Positions 51,891 through 62,342 of a DNA stretch of 62,342 nucleotides are shown piece after piece. The stretch comes from Chara braunii (taxonomy: Eukaryota > Plantae > Charophyceae). Numbering within the stretch: position 1 is the stretch's first letter; every line of letters starts with the position of its first letter. Where the stretch lies: assembly GCA_003427395.1 (NCBI GenBank), contig BFEA01000006.1, positions 2,944,891 through 3,007,232 on the forward strand, read 5' to 3'. Made by a program: the position numbers and the translations under genes. The notes below the pieces were generated by a model. That model searched no databases. It saw nothing but the letters and a program-made list of their open reading frames with translations, and was not told the DNA's origin.

Positions 51891-53853
51891 ATCTTCCTAT
51901 TTGTTTCAGCCGTGTATGTGCTCGTGCCGCTTGGGCTGACACACGGGTGGGCACCAACGGAGTATAGGGGCTATAGGCTACTCGAACAAAGCCTTGCTAG
52001 AACGGCTGGTAACAGTTTCCCTGCGAAGTTCTCTCGGGGTAGTGGGAGTTGTCGAGTGGCCCGCCGGTCACTGCAGTGCCGGTCACTGCAAGGTCCGTTA
52101 CTGTCGGAGGCTGCGTCGGCCGAAAGGAGTGAGGTGGCCAGCTGCTCGTTCCCACATATGAGTTCTCTTGATCAGCGTAGTGTCAGGCTGGCTCGAAAGC
52201 AGCCGGACGTGGGCCACACGCCTCTGTGCTTTGCACTGTCGGGGAGGCTGGTTCGAAGGTAAGTTGCTATGCGCTCCCTATTCGGATTTTGGCTTCCTTG
52301 ACCACTGACCTGTGGTCTGTGTTAGTGAATACCGTAGTGGTGAACGGGTAGCACGCAAGAACAGTAGGGGAGGGACACTGTTAGGTGGTGTAGTGGTCGG
52401 ATCCCTCGGAGGTAGCAGGGCCGGTCTCGCTGGCCGACTGTCGGATTGCAAGTAGAGGCGGAAGGCCACTCGGACTGGCTGAGCGCTGAGGCGCCTCTGA
52501 GGAGCGAGGCAGCAGGCGCCGACATCGGGCAGAGTGAGGCAGTGAGAGGGGGACTGAACCAGGACGATGAATTGAGCGAGGTACGTTGGGAAGTTGGGAA
52601 TGAGGAAGACAATACTATGGCGGGATGGTGGGTCGGGCGGAGCAAGAATGGAATAGCTTCCTCGACCAGCGGAGACAAGCAGAGGGGGGGAAGAAGAATG
52701 GACCCGGGCACGATTCCGCGCCGGGTACATTCACGGAAGAAGGAACGGAGATGGTCGGGAAGCAGGTGAGGCGCAGCCAAAACAAGATGGCTCTCGCGAC
52801 CCTCGGCGAGATTGGACGGGGGAAGAAGGGGTATTGAGGTTTTATTGTAAGGCGAATTCATCTCTGATGTTAGTTTTAGCGCTAGATTAGTAGATTAGGA
52901 GGGTAGCGAAGAAGACTGTGCGCGGAGGATGGCGGGAATAGATATGGTGGAGGGAAAGAAAACTGTAGAACGCCTGTTCCATTATGGAATCGGGCGGGTA
53001 AAGAGGCGTTTTTGGGGTTTTGAAGCCGGGCGACTCCTATGATGGAGTCGTAACGGTGAGTGGAGGTCCATACCGGGAGCTAGGAGAAAGGAGGTGGCGC
53101 GGAGCCATGGCGGACGAAGGAGAGAGCAAGATAGAAAAGGGCATATCTCGCCCGATTCTCGATGGTTTTAGGCGGAATAAACTGTTAGTCTGAGGTTTTG
53201 GAGAAGGGCAAACTCAAACATGGTGTTAGTTTGAGGGCTAGGTCGGTAGATTGGGAGTTAGTAAAGAAAAGCACCGCGCAGAAGTGTTGGAGGAGGGAGA
53301 TATGGTAGAAGGAAGTCTCGATATCTTGCCCGATCCTTGAAGGAATCGGGCGAAGTGAGATGATAAACCGAGTTTCTAATGATAGGCGATTCCGGATCTA
53401 CAATCGGAAAGAGGTGAAAGTTAGTAAAGGAAAAGTTAGTAGGGAGAGAAGTCCACGCGGAGCCATGGAGAAAAAAGAGATGGAAGGGAATGAGGGTATA
53501 GCATGGCCGATGCTGAATAGAGTAAAGTAGGGAGAGAAGTGTTTCTACAGTTTAGGGAGAGAAGAGTTAGTCTTGACAGTATGGGGTGCGACGAGCTCGG
53601 CAGGAAGGATGCGTACTTACCTGGCATGCACCTGACGCCGTTCTAAGGAAAGATTCATTCGATTTTGCTCATCCTATCGATGACGGGGATATAGTTACGG
53701 GGGATGAAAGACTTACCTCTTGCCTGGTGCGGCGCTTAGGAAAGTCGATGGGAGCTGTTCGGCTAATCTCGCTACAGTCGCCGCTTGGGAAGAACATGAG
53801 GTATCTAGTCGTATCGTAGCGGGAGGTTCCTATTTCTTTTTGTAAGGCGTGAA

Positions 53854-56800
53854 TGTCTGTATGAGAGAGAGAGAGAGAGGGAGAGAGAGAGGCTCACCTC
53901 GAAGACGGACCAGCAATGAGGGGTGAATCAGGAGAGTCCCAATGCCCTGCTGAGTTCGGAAGTTGCTATATTGAAGAACGTTGGTTATTGCGCTACCAAG
54001 CCCCATGCTACCGACGAACAAGCCCACATGCAGCTTGGCTTTGGGGGCTCTGGCCTGGGCATACGCGGCAGGTAAGCCGGTGTGAGCACCAAGATTGAGT
54101 ACCACGGTTGCCATCTTCACGGCTCATTGCACTTCGCGGACTAGTGGGGCGGAGGAACAAAAGAGATGGGATTGTGATACGTGTCAGTTTCCTTATGGGG
54201 ACTCGGACAGATAGAATTGGCAGATGGCTTTTAGTTGTTGAGTGATGAATGTACGAATGAAGCACAACCACAGTAGGAGTAGATCTGGTCAGTATCGTAA
54301 GTACACTACTACTACTACTACGTTCCAGCGGTGTTATGGCCTGCCGTGCGGGCACTGTGCACCTCTGGGTCATGCTTGTACATGTAGCTGCTCCGCTGCC
54401 GCGAGCATCTGCGGTGCTTCCTGATGAGATTGTCTGAGTACCAAGTGCCAAGCGGGTGGGAGGGCTCAGTTCACATAGGGGTGATAGAGCCTGCTGATTG
54501 GAAGCACCGCTATTGTGGATGTTGAGGATCGTGGTATCTGCATGAGACTACTAAGCTTTGCCGCATACGTATTGTTGTGTTATGGCGTACTGGGATATTG
54601 CTGGAATTGCTCGCTGTGAAACCGCCCCATTTGGCTACGTTTTGCGAGTGCTCTAATTGAACAAAACATTCTAGACTGTGTGGTAGCTAGCTGGTCAGGG
54701 GCAGGAAGGACTGTCAGGGGGGGCAGCCACTCTGAGTTTGGACTTCAACCGATCGTGGTTCAACTGACTTGCTGCGCATTGGGCATCATTGCGGGGCCCT
54801 CAGGCGAAGGGAGATTACAAGGCCCTCTCCTGGGAGTTGAGTTTGTCCCTCTCCTGTATCTCGAGAGTCTGAGACCTCTCATTCTGCCCTTCTTACTCTA
54901 AGTCTAGTCTATTGGTTCTGGGAGGAAGGCGGCAGGCGGGATTGCAACCCGTAGTACCGCAAAAAGACTTTGTGGGGAGTCAGCCCACCGATTGCGGGAG
55001 CTCTGCCGGAACCTAGGCGAGGTTTTGGAGGCAGGGAACCATGAGGTAAACTGTCTCTATCTGTATAACCCACTACACCCATGTTTGCCTATTCCCCGAT
55101 AGTCTGATTGGGGTATGCATGTGTGGCCCTATGATTTTTATTTTCTCTTCATGACATAACCAGGCTAAGTAAAGGAACACATGTATAATATCAGTTTCCG
55201 CTTCTTTGTTTGACTGAAAGCAGATTGTGGGATTGCATCTGGGGAAAGGTGGGAGGAAGGCAGTATTGCAGGTTTGACTGGGTCAACCAAGGGTTGGGCC
55301 AATTCCATAAGTTTGGGAAGGCCTAGTGCTGTGTTTATCTTTGGATTGTATGGAGAGCCGGTCAAACCCATAAGTTTGGGTAATCGGGCTGCTCTGACTT
55401 GTGAGGGTTGCTTGCAGTTGATTTTTCATCAGTTAGTCAAATCCATAAGTTTGGGTAGTCTAGCGGCCTTGTTTACTTTGGGTTTCTGTCGATTTCTTTT
55501 TACCTTGGCTTTGAGAGAAATGGACCAGGCTGAGGACCAAGACATGTTCCATAAGTTTGGGTGGTCTTGGTCCAACACCTCGCACATGCTGAAGGGGCAG
55601 ACTGAGTCTTGAGCTGAAGATGATCGGCTCAGTCATATGCTACCTCAAAAGGCTAAGTGCAAATAATTATATAAAATTTGGATATTTAAACAGTTCAGGG
55701 CGGCTAGGGTGGCCTAGTCACATGCCCAAAGAAGAGAAAAGTTGTCGTGCCCTGTGTTTGTGTATACTTCATGGCTGAGCTAGACATGTTCCATAAGTTT
55801 GGGTGGTCTAGCTTTATGCCCTATGTAAGTTGGGTATAAGGGGATAAATCATCGAAAGATCATGAACTATTGTTTGTTAAGTTTACTCTGGGATGGTGAG
55901 AGTACTTACCTTTGTGGTTTGGCCTGCATGTGACTGAATGAGGCTACTACTTGGTCTGAGTTCCAGTTTGATCGGTAGTTGCTTTAGTTGCTTGCCACAT
56001 GCTAGAGTCATAGGAGTTGGTTTCAATTCCTGCATTTTCTGAGCTAAGTTTTTTTACTTCGGTCAATTTTTGCATTTTCGAGGATCTTTTGTTATACTAG
56101 GCTTTGTATAAATTTTGGTAAGCTTCTTTCTCTACGGGAAGCGTTGCCGAAATTTCTGCAAATCCAACGAATTAGTCAGCTTTTGACTTTTCAAAGTTCA
56201 ACTTGTCTAAATTTTATATGGCCTAGTAAAAATCTGGGAAGTCTCCTTTTCTAAAGGGAGTGCTGCCCAAAGTTTTGCTGAATTCATGGAGTTAGACAAA
56301 ATTTGACTTTGGGAAGTCGAAGAGTATTTTTGGCTTCATATTCGGGCTGATATAAATTCTGAAAAGGCACTTTTCCTACGGGAAGCGGTGCCAAAATTTT
56401 CTTAGTTTGAAGGAGATAGATTATATTTTGACAGGTGGCAATTCTGGAAACTCCACTCTGTATAGAGGAGATTCTGCCAGGGTCTACCTTTCTTTTGGCC
56501 CTTTGCTTAGAGGTAGACTTAGGCTTAGTTAACTAGGATGATTTGAGTGGGATCGTGATATGGGGATTATTCTCCATGGACTTATAGATTTAGCTTGGGG
56601 ATTGACCTGTCTTGTGGTACAGGTCTTCTTGATCGATTGATTCAGGATTTGGGCTAGATTCAGCTTGATCCTACAAGGATCATCTTCTGTTATCATTGAT
56701 AACAGGTCGGTTGCCGATTTGTCGGTTTACGACTCAACTCCAATTGCCTCTTGCCACTCAACCTAAAGGCTTTAGCCTTGTGATTTGAATTGATTTGTTG

Positions 56801-58214
56801 TGTTTTCACCCGGACTTTATTTTGAATGGCCATTTAAAGAAAAGTATTGAGTATTTTATTTTGGGAGTTGCACAAGAGTGAGGCTTGTATGGCTAAAAGC
56901 AAGGGGTGTGAGTGCAGAGAATGGTTGAAGTTGACCCCGTGTAGTGCTTGGACTTTTGGTGGGATCTTTGATGTGATTGCAAGTATGTTTGGTGATTCGG
57001 ACTTTGGATTTTGACTGCCTACGCTCACATACATATATATATGGCTGAGAGGAGTTCCACTGTGATTGTGAGAAGTGATCGTCACATATTAATAACCCTT
57101 TATATTTACGTGATATATGTATGGCTTCAGTGTTTCGCGCGGCCTACTGAGACCACTCGTAAGGGTTAAACAGATCGTGTGTTTGAGAGAAGAGGGAGAT
57201 CCCCTTTTAGCCTTTTGCTCTTTAGATTTTCTGTAGTTGGAGAGGGCCTTGTAATTTCCCTTCGCCTGAGGACCCCGCAATGATGGCCAATGCGCAGCAA
57301 GTCAGTTGAACCACGATCGGCTGAAGTCCAAACTCAGAGTGGCTGCCCCCCCTGACAGTCCTTCCTGCCCCTGACCAACTAGCTACCACACAGTCTAGAA
57401 TGTTTTGTTCAATTAGAGCACTCGCATAACGTAGCCGAACGCGGCGGTTTCACAACGAGCGATTCCATCAGTATCCCAGTACGCCATAACACAACAATAC
57501 GTATGCGGCAAAGCTTAGTAGTCTCATGCAGATACCACGATTCTCAACATCCACAATAGCGGTGCTTCCAATCAGCAGGCTCTATCACCCCTATGTGAAC
57601 TGAGCCCTCCCACCCGCTTGGCACTTGGTACTCAGACAATCTCATCAGGAAGCACCGCAGATGCTCGCGGCAGCGGAGCAGCTACATGTACAAGCATGAC
57701 CCAGAGGTGCACAGTGCCCGCACGGCAGGCCATAACACCGCTGGAACGTAGTAGTAGTAGTAGTGTACTTACGATACTGACCAGATCTGACTCCTACTGT
57801 GGTTGTGCTTCATCCGTACATTCATCAGTCAACAACTAAAAGTCAGCTGCCAATTCTATCTGTACGAGTCCCCATAAGGAAACTGACACGTATCACAATC
57901 CCATCTCTTTTGTTCCTCCGCCCGACTAGTCCGCAAAGTGCAATGAGTCGTGAAGATGGCAACCGTGGTACTCAATCTTGGTGCTCACACCACCTTACCT
58001 GCCGCGTATGCCCAGGCCAAAGTGCCGAGTGCCAAGCTGCATGTGGGCTTGTTCGTCGGTAGCACGGGGCTTGGTAGCGCAATAACCAATGTTCTTCAGT
58101 ATAGCAACTTCCGAACTCAGCAGGGCATCGGGACTCTCCCGATTCACTCCTTATTGTTGGTCCGTCTTCGAGTTGAGCCTCTCTCTCTCCCTCTCTCTCT
58201 CTCTCATACAAACA
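53854..58214. repeat. ~976-bp inverted repeat (53854-54830 and 57239-58214) with a 2.4-kb spacer
   Basis: The arms are reverse complements; the ORF track shows the same peptides on opposite strands (54008-54451 - vs 57618-58062 +). Confidence 0.95.
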
Positions 58215-60661
58215 TTGAGTAGCATACAGAGGTAGAACGTGTCACCAACATTTGGATGGATGGTGTGGATTCGTCCAATAGTATTGGCAGAGCGTTGTGT
58301 GAGAACCCATCCTTTTTGTTTTTGATCAAATCGGAACTTGCGAACCATGTCTTTATAGAGCGGTTTGCTCTCTTCAGGATTGTGGAGTCGTGCAGCGTTC
58401 CATTTGAACCATGCGGTGAGTTCGGTTTCAGGGGGCGGATTGGGTGCTATTTGTTGAGCTTGATGTTGGCTAAAGTATACGCATTGTTTATTTTCGGTAT
58501 GAACTGGTAGTGCAGTCACAGGAGGGTAGCGTTCTGATAGCGGGAATTCAAAGATACGGCAGCATGCTTCAGCAACACTGATTGTTTGCATATCTTGATA
58601 TGTTTGTATTTCATCATTATTGTCGAGGGCCTCAGCGACCATTGCACGATCAGGTCCCTTGAGAATATATTCGAACATATATCGGCAAGCTGCTGTCAAT
58701 GTGCAAATTTCGGTATTGAGGTGACATCTATATCGGAGGAGGAGATATGGGTTGTAAGGCACAACCCAAGAGTTATCGATCACTTTATCGTTATGGACAA
58801 TAGCAATTCCTCCATCCGATGGTGATCGGCGGCGATAGATGGGATATCCCGTTTCTTCAGTCCAGGTGGTTCGGTCTGAAAAGTCTTTGGGGAAGTAACG
58901 TGTGCAACGGTCGTTGTGCATGCAGGAAGCTCGCAAATTATGTGCACCTCACGGATTGGGGATCATATGGGTTAGGACGAGGTTACGTAATTTGGCATTT
59001 TGTGGTAGTTCAACAGAAACGATGCTATTTATATGTTCATGTGTAGAAACCTTTGCGTTCGCATGTAGGAGGATGATTATGTGAGCATGTGGGAGGTCGC
59101 ATTTTTGGAACTCTATAGAATAAACATATGCAGCAGTTGCACCGAAATGTGTGAAGAGTGAATGTGGTGTATGAGTTGTTGAAGATAGCCTTTGAAAACG
59201 CGAGTTGGCAGATCTGGTCTATCTGCAGGTTGTTGATTGGGTAGGGGGGCGTGTTCGATTTCCGGCCAGTGGGAGTTACATGTTATTGTGATGAAGAGGT
59301 CGGGGGAACCAAGGTCTTGGATGGCAGCCATCGCATCTTGGTAGCGTCGATGCATATCGCGGGGACCTCCAATGAAAGTTGCCAGTAAAACGATACGTTG
59401 ACCAACGTTTTTGGCATTATCGTAATGCATAAGGTGATCGTGGAGGTTTTGGTAAAGTTCTGCACGGATCTCTTTTTGGTGTAACCGGTTAAATAGAAGG
59501 TGTCCGTTTTCAATCTTTGCGAACGCCATGCAGACGTACTCTTCAAAGAGGCGGGATGCACGGAAGATCGTCATTCGCTCTGTCGGACGCTTGCTGAGGT
59601 GAAAAGCGTAAAATTCGCGTGTTGTGATGTTGTGAATATCGGCCTCGGAGCGTGTATCTTCTTCAGCAGCCCATCCATTTTCACGTGATGGGAATAGTAG
59701 AACATAATGTAGCGGGTCAAAAGCTCGATTCGTGTTAGCGATTGCAACGGTGCCACCAATTCGACGGTGTATCACAATTTCACGTTTGAGAGACTCATCT
59801 TGGATAAGGATACAAAGTTCATGTTACCCTTCGGGTTTGTTATACCTACGCATATGTTCGGTCGATGGACGCATATCAGGATTGATAACGATTTTTCGGT
59901 TTTCTATCATATGGTATGGAAATTCGAAGATTGTAATGAAATCCTGAACCCAACGATTACATCGGCAAAGGAGGTAGTGCAGTCTTCGCAGAAGGGATTT
60001 TATTTGTTGTGCAGTGGCCAACGGTATGTCTGGGGGGAGATCGGATCCGTGGAGGCGGAGAATTGTTGCGTTGTTTTGGTCAAGGGGGTCATATATGTAG
60101 ATTTGAGCAAAAGACGGCTGTACGTTTTCCTGCGGCATGAGAGGTCCCAAAAATTGGTGCATTGTCCTTCGATTCTGAGCATTCCTTGCCAACGTCCGAG
60201 CGACATTTGCGTTTCTTTGACACTCTGAGAGACGAGAGCAAGTGCATTGTTAAATTGTCGTGATCGTGATCGGAGGAGTCGGCCATAATGATCGTATTTT
60301 CCCAGAGACGGAGAATTTGGTCAGCGGGATCGTTCGATTCAGGGTATGTCCAGAGCGACGGTTGGACTTTGCGTGGGAGACAGCATAGCGAATTCCATGT
60401 GCGTTCGTGAGGCCATTTTTCGGCTTTGCAGTACGTGCAATGTGTTCTGTTGCCGAGAGCTACGATTTGAACCGGAAGTTGTTGAGCCAAAAGTATAGGT
60501 GTGTAAAGACGTGCATTGTGGATTCGGGGTTGAATGTTATTTGGATGTGTTTGTTTGTATCGATGCTGGCGTTCTCTGTGCATGTGACATGCCCTTTCTT
60601 CGGCGTGCCATGAGGTTTCAGCTAAGGACGAGTAGATTGGACAGGTGTACCGAAGTATCAA
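58215..60661 (-). pseudogene. Helitron RepHel N-terminal zinc finger and HUH Rep domain remnant
   Basis: CTYCKAEKWPHE...LCC, FAQIYIYDP, FDPLHYVLLFP, GGPRDM...YQDAMA, PDLFITITCN, IEFQKCDLPHAHII (59065-59115), VVPYNPYLL, YMFEYILKGPD. Confidence 0.92.
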
Positions 60662-60742
60662 GATATATATGTCACAGCCCCTCGTTTGTTGTCCTCTTCT
60701 CTCTCTCTGCCTACGGTTTACCGGGCAGTTCTATTTGTGACG

Positions 60743-60773
<31 letters not shown>

Positions 60774-61020
60774 TGGCTTGTGATGGGGTGTGAACCGACA
60801 NNNNNNNNNNNNNNNNNNNNNNNNNNNNNNNNNNNNNNNNNNNNNNNNNNNNNNNNNNNNNNNNNNNNNNNNNNNNNNNNNNNNNNNNNNNNNNNNNNNN
60901 NNNNNNNNNNNNNNNNNNNNNNNNNNNNNNNNNNNNNNNNNNNNNNNNNNNNNNNNNNNNNNNNNNNNNNNNNNNNNNNNNNNNNNNNNNNNNNNNNNNN
61001 NNNNNNNNNNNNNNNNNNNN

Positions 61021-61105
<85 letters not shown>

Positions 61106-61471
61106 CTTTCTCTCTTTTTCTCTCTCTTTCTCTCTTTCTTTTTCTCACTCCCTCTCTCTTTCTTCGTCTTGATGTCCGCTCTCCTTTCATCCAGGTTCCT
61201 TTTTTCATTCTTCCTCAGATCGCCATGTCGTCATCTCGACCCTCGTCCCCATCCCTTGAATCCCGATTCCATTCCTTATCGAATCCGCATGCCGCCGCCT
61301 TAAAAAAAAGAAAAATAAAAAAAAATGTTTTTCTCTCTTTCTTTTTGTTACTCTTTCTTTCTCAGTGTTTTTGTCTCTTTTTCTGTCTACGAATCTTCTC
61401 CTCTCCTTAGTCTTGATGTCTCCTCTTTGTTCATTCTACTTTCCGATCAGTCCATCTCGAGCTTCCTCCTC

Positions 61472-61537
<66 letters not shown>

Positions 61538-62294
61538 CTCACCCCTTTTCTCTCTCTCTTTGTCTTGATGTCTCCTCTCCTTTCATCCCGGTTCGTTTTT
61601 TCGTTCTTCCTCAGATCGCCATTTTGTTCTACAAAAAAAAGAATCCTCACGCCGTTGCCCTTTTAAAAAAAAAAAAAACGAAAAACATGCACGAACCGAA
61701 AAAGACAAGTCTCTTATATACATCTAGATGTGTATAAGAGACAGGTACCGAAGTATCAAGATATGTTTGTCACAGCCCCTCATTTGTTGTCCTCTTCTCC
61801 CTCTCTGCCTACGGTTTACCGGGCAGTTCTATTTGACGATATATGAGTGTAGAAAGTACAAAATAGAAGTCAGATCACACCAACAACCAATAAAATGAAC
61901 AGGCGTTATTTGAGGAGGATTTAAACTTTTTTTGTGTGTTTTGTTGTCCCTTTTTTTTTTTTTTTTTTTTTTTCCGTTCAAGCAGAAAAGAAAAAAAACC
62001 ACTAAATTGTGTTTTTTGTGTTGTGACGAAAACGAAAAAAATACATAGACTGTTGTCTCAACCCTTTGTAAGCTTTATCTGAACTGATGAAACAATAAAA
62101 AAAAGGTGATTGAATTGAGTGGACGAAAAGGCCAAAAAAAAAAAAAGAAAAAAAAATATATATATATGATGCATACAATCATGAGTATTTTTTCATATCG
62201 ATTCCTTGCGGTCCCGAGTATACTTCCCCTCGTTTCCCAATCCTGACTTTCTCATTAGACCCCTCCTTCTTTCTCCCTCTCTCTCTCTCTCTCT

Positions 62295-62342
<48 letters not shown>
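61021..62342. repeat. (TC)n microsatellites and pyrimidine/A-rich low complexity after the gap at 60801-61020
   Basis: Read directly from the sequence. Confidence 0.85.
61709..61744. other. Nextera mate-pair junction adapter (Tn5 mosaic ends): assembly artefact
   Basis: gtctcttatatacatct-agatgtgtataagagacag versus adapter CTGTCTCTTATACACATCT-AGATGTGTATAAGAGACAG; the second 19-mer is exact. Confidence 0.93.

Larger units (their letters stand above)
51015..58214. mobile_element. Element family X, copy B (opposite orientation to copy A), inserted in the Helitron
   Basis: Starts TGTCGGTGCGAATACCCTTACAAGGGTAT and ends ...CAAACA. Flanked by a 149-bp duplication of Helitron sequence (50866-51014, 58215-58363). 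Homologous to copy A. Confidence 0.8.
49555..60661 (-). mobile_element. Decayed Helitron (Rep-PIF1 helicase), interrupted by element X copy B
   Basis: Rep and helicase motifs in the expected order on the minus strand. Termini not identified; the helicase is truncated after ILAPK. Confidence 0.93.

Noticed and set aside
53614-53624. TACTTACCTGG resembling the U1 snRNA 5' end
   Set aside because: The downstream sequence lacks U1 stem-loops and the Sm site; it is better explained as a splice donor on the minus strand.
55305-55803. Repeat-spacer pattern as a CRISPR array
   Set aside because: 13-bp motif, irregular spacing, eukaryotic TE context and no cas genes.
61709-61744. Genuine Tn5/IS50 insertion or horizontal transfer
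   Set aside because: Back-to-back synthetic mosaic ends match the Nextera mate-pair adapter.

Overview
Eukaryotic, almost entirely transposon-derived window. The style suggests a streptophyte alga or plant such as Chara, but that is inference only. The only clear host-gene sequence is one + strand exon (1961-2126) of a FIG4/plant-SAC phosphoinositide phosphatase. The remaining ~60 kb is a nest of mostly minus-strand elements: (1) two decayed chromodomain-type Ty3/Gypsy LTR retrotransposons; (2) a structurally complete Penelope-like element with the GIY-YIG endonuclease N-terminal to the RT, direct pseudo-LTRs, a 13-bp TSD and a minimal hammerhead ribozyme; (3) a decayed Helitron; (4) a MITE. 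The most unusual component is an unclassified multi-kb element family present in two diverged, oppositely oriented copies (~4127-26514 with nested insertions, and 51015-58214). The copies share a TGTCG terminus with a hairpin, lack recognisable transposition ORFs, and both carry captured 25S/28S rRNA fragments. One copy has a ~1-kb inverted arm and sits in a 149-bp target duplication. Four assembly gaps and a Nextera mate-pair adapter (an artefact) are also present.
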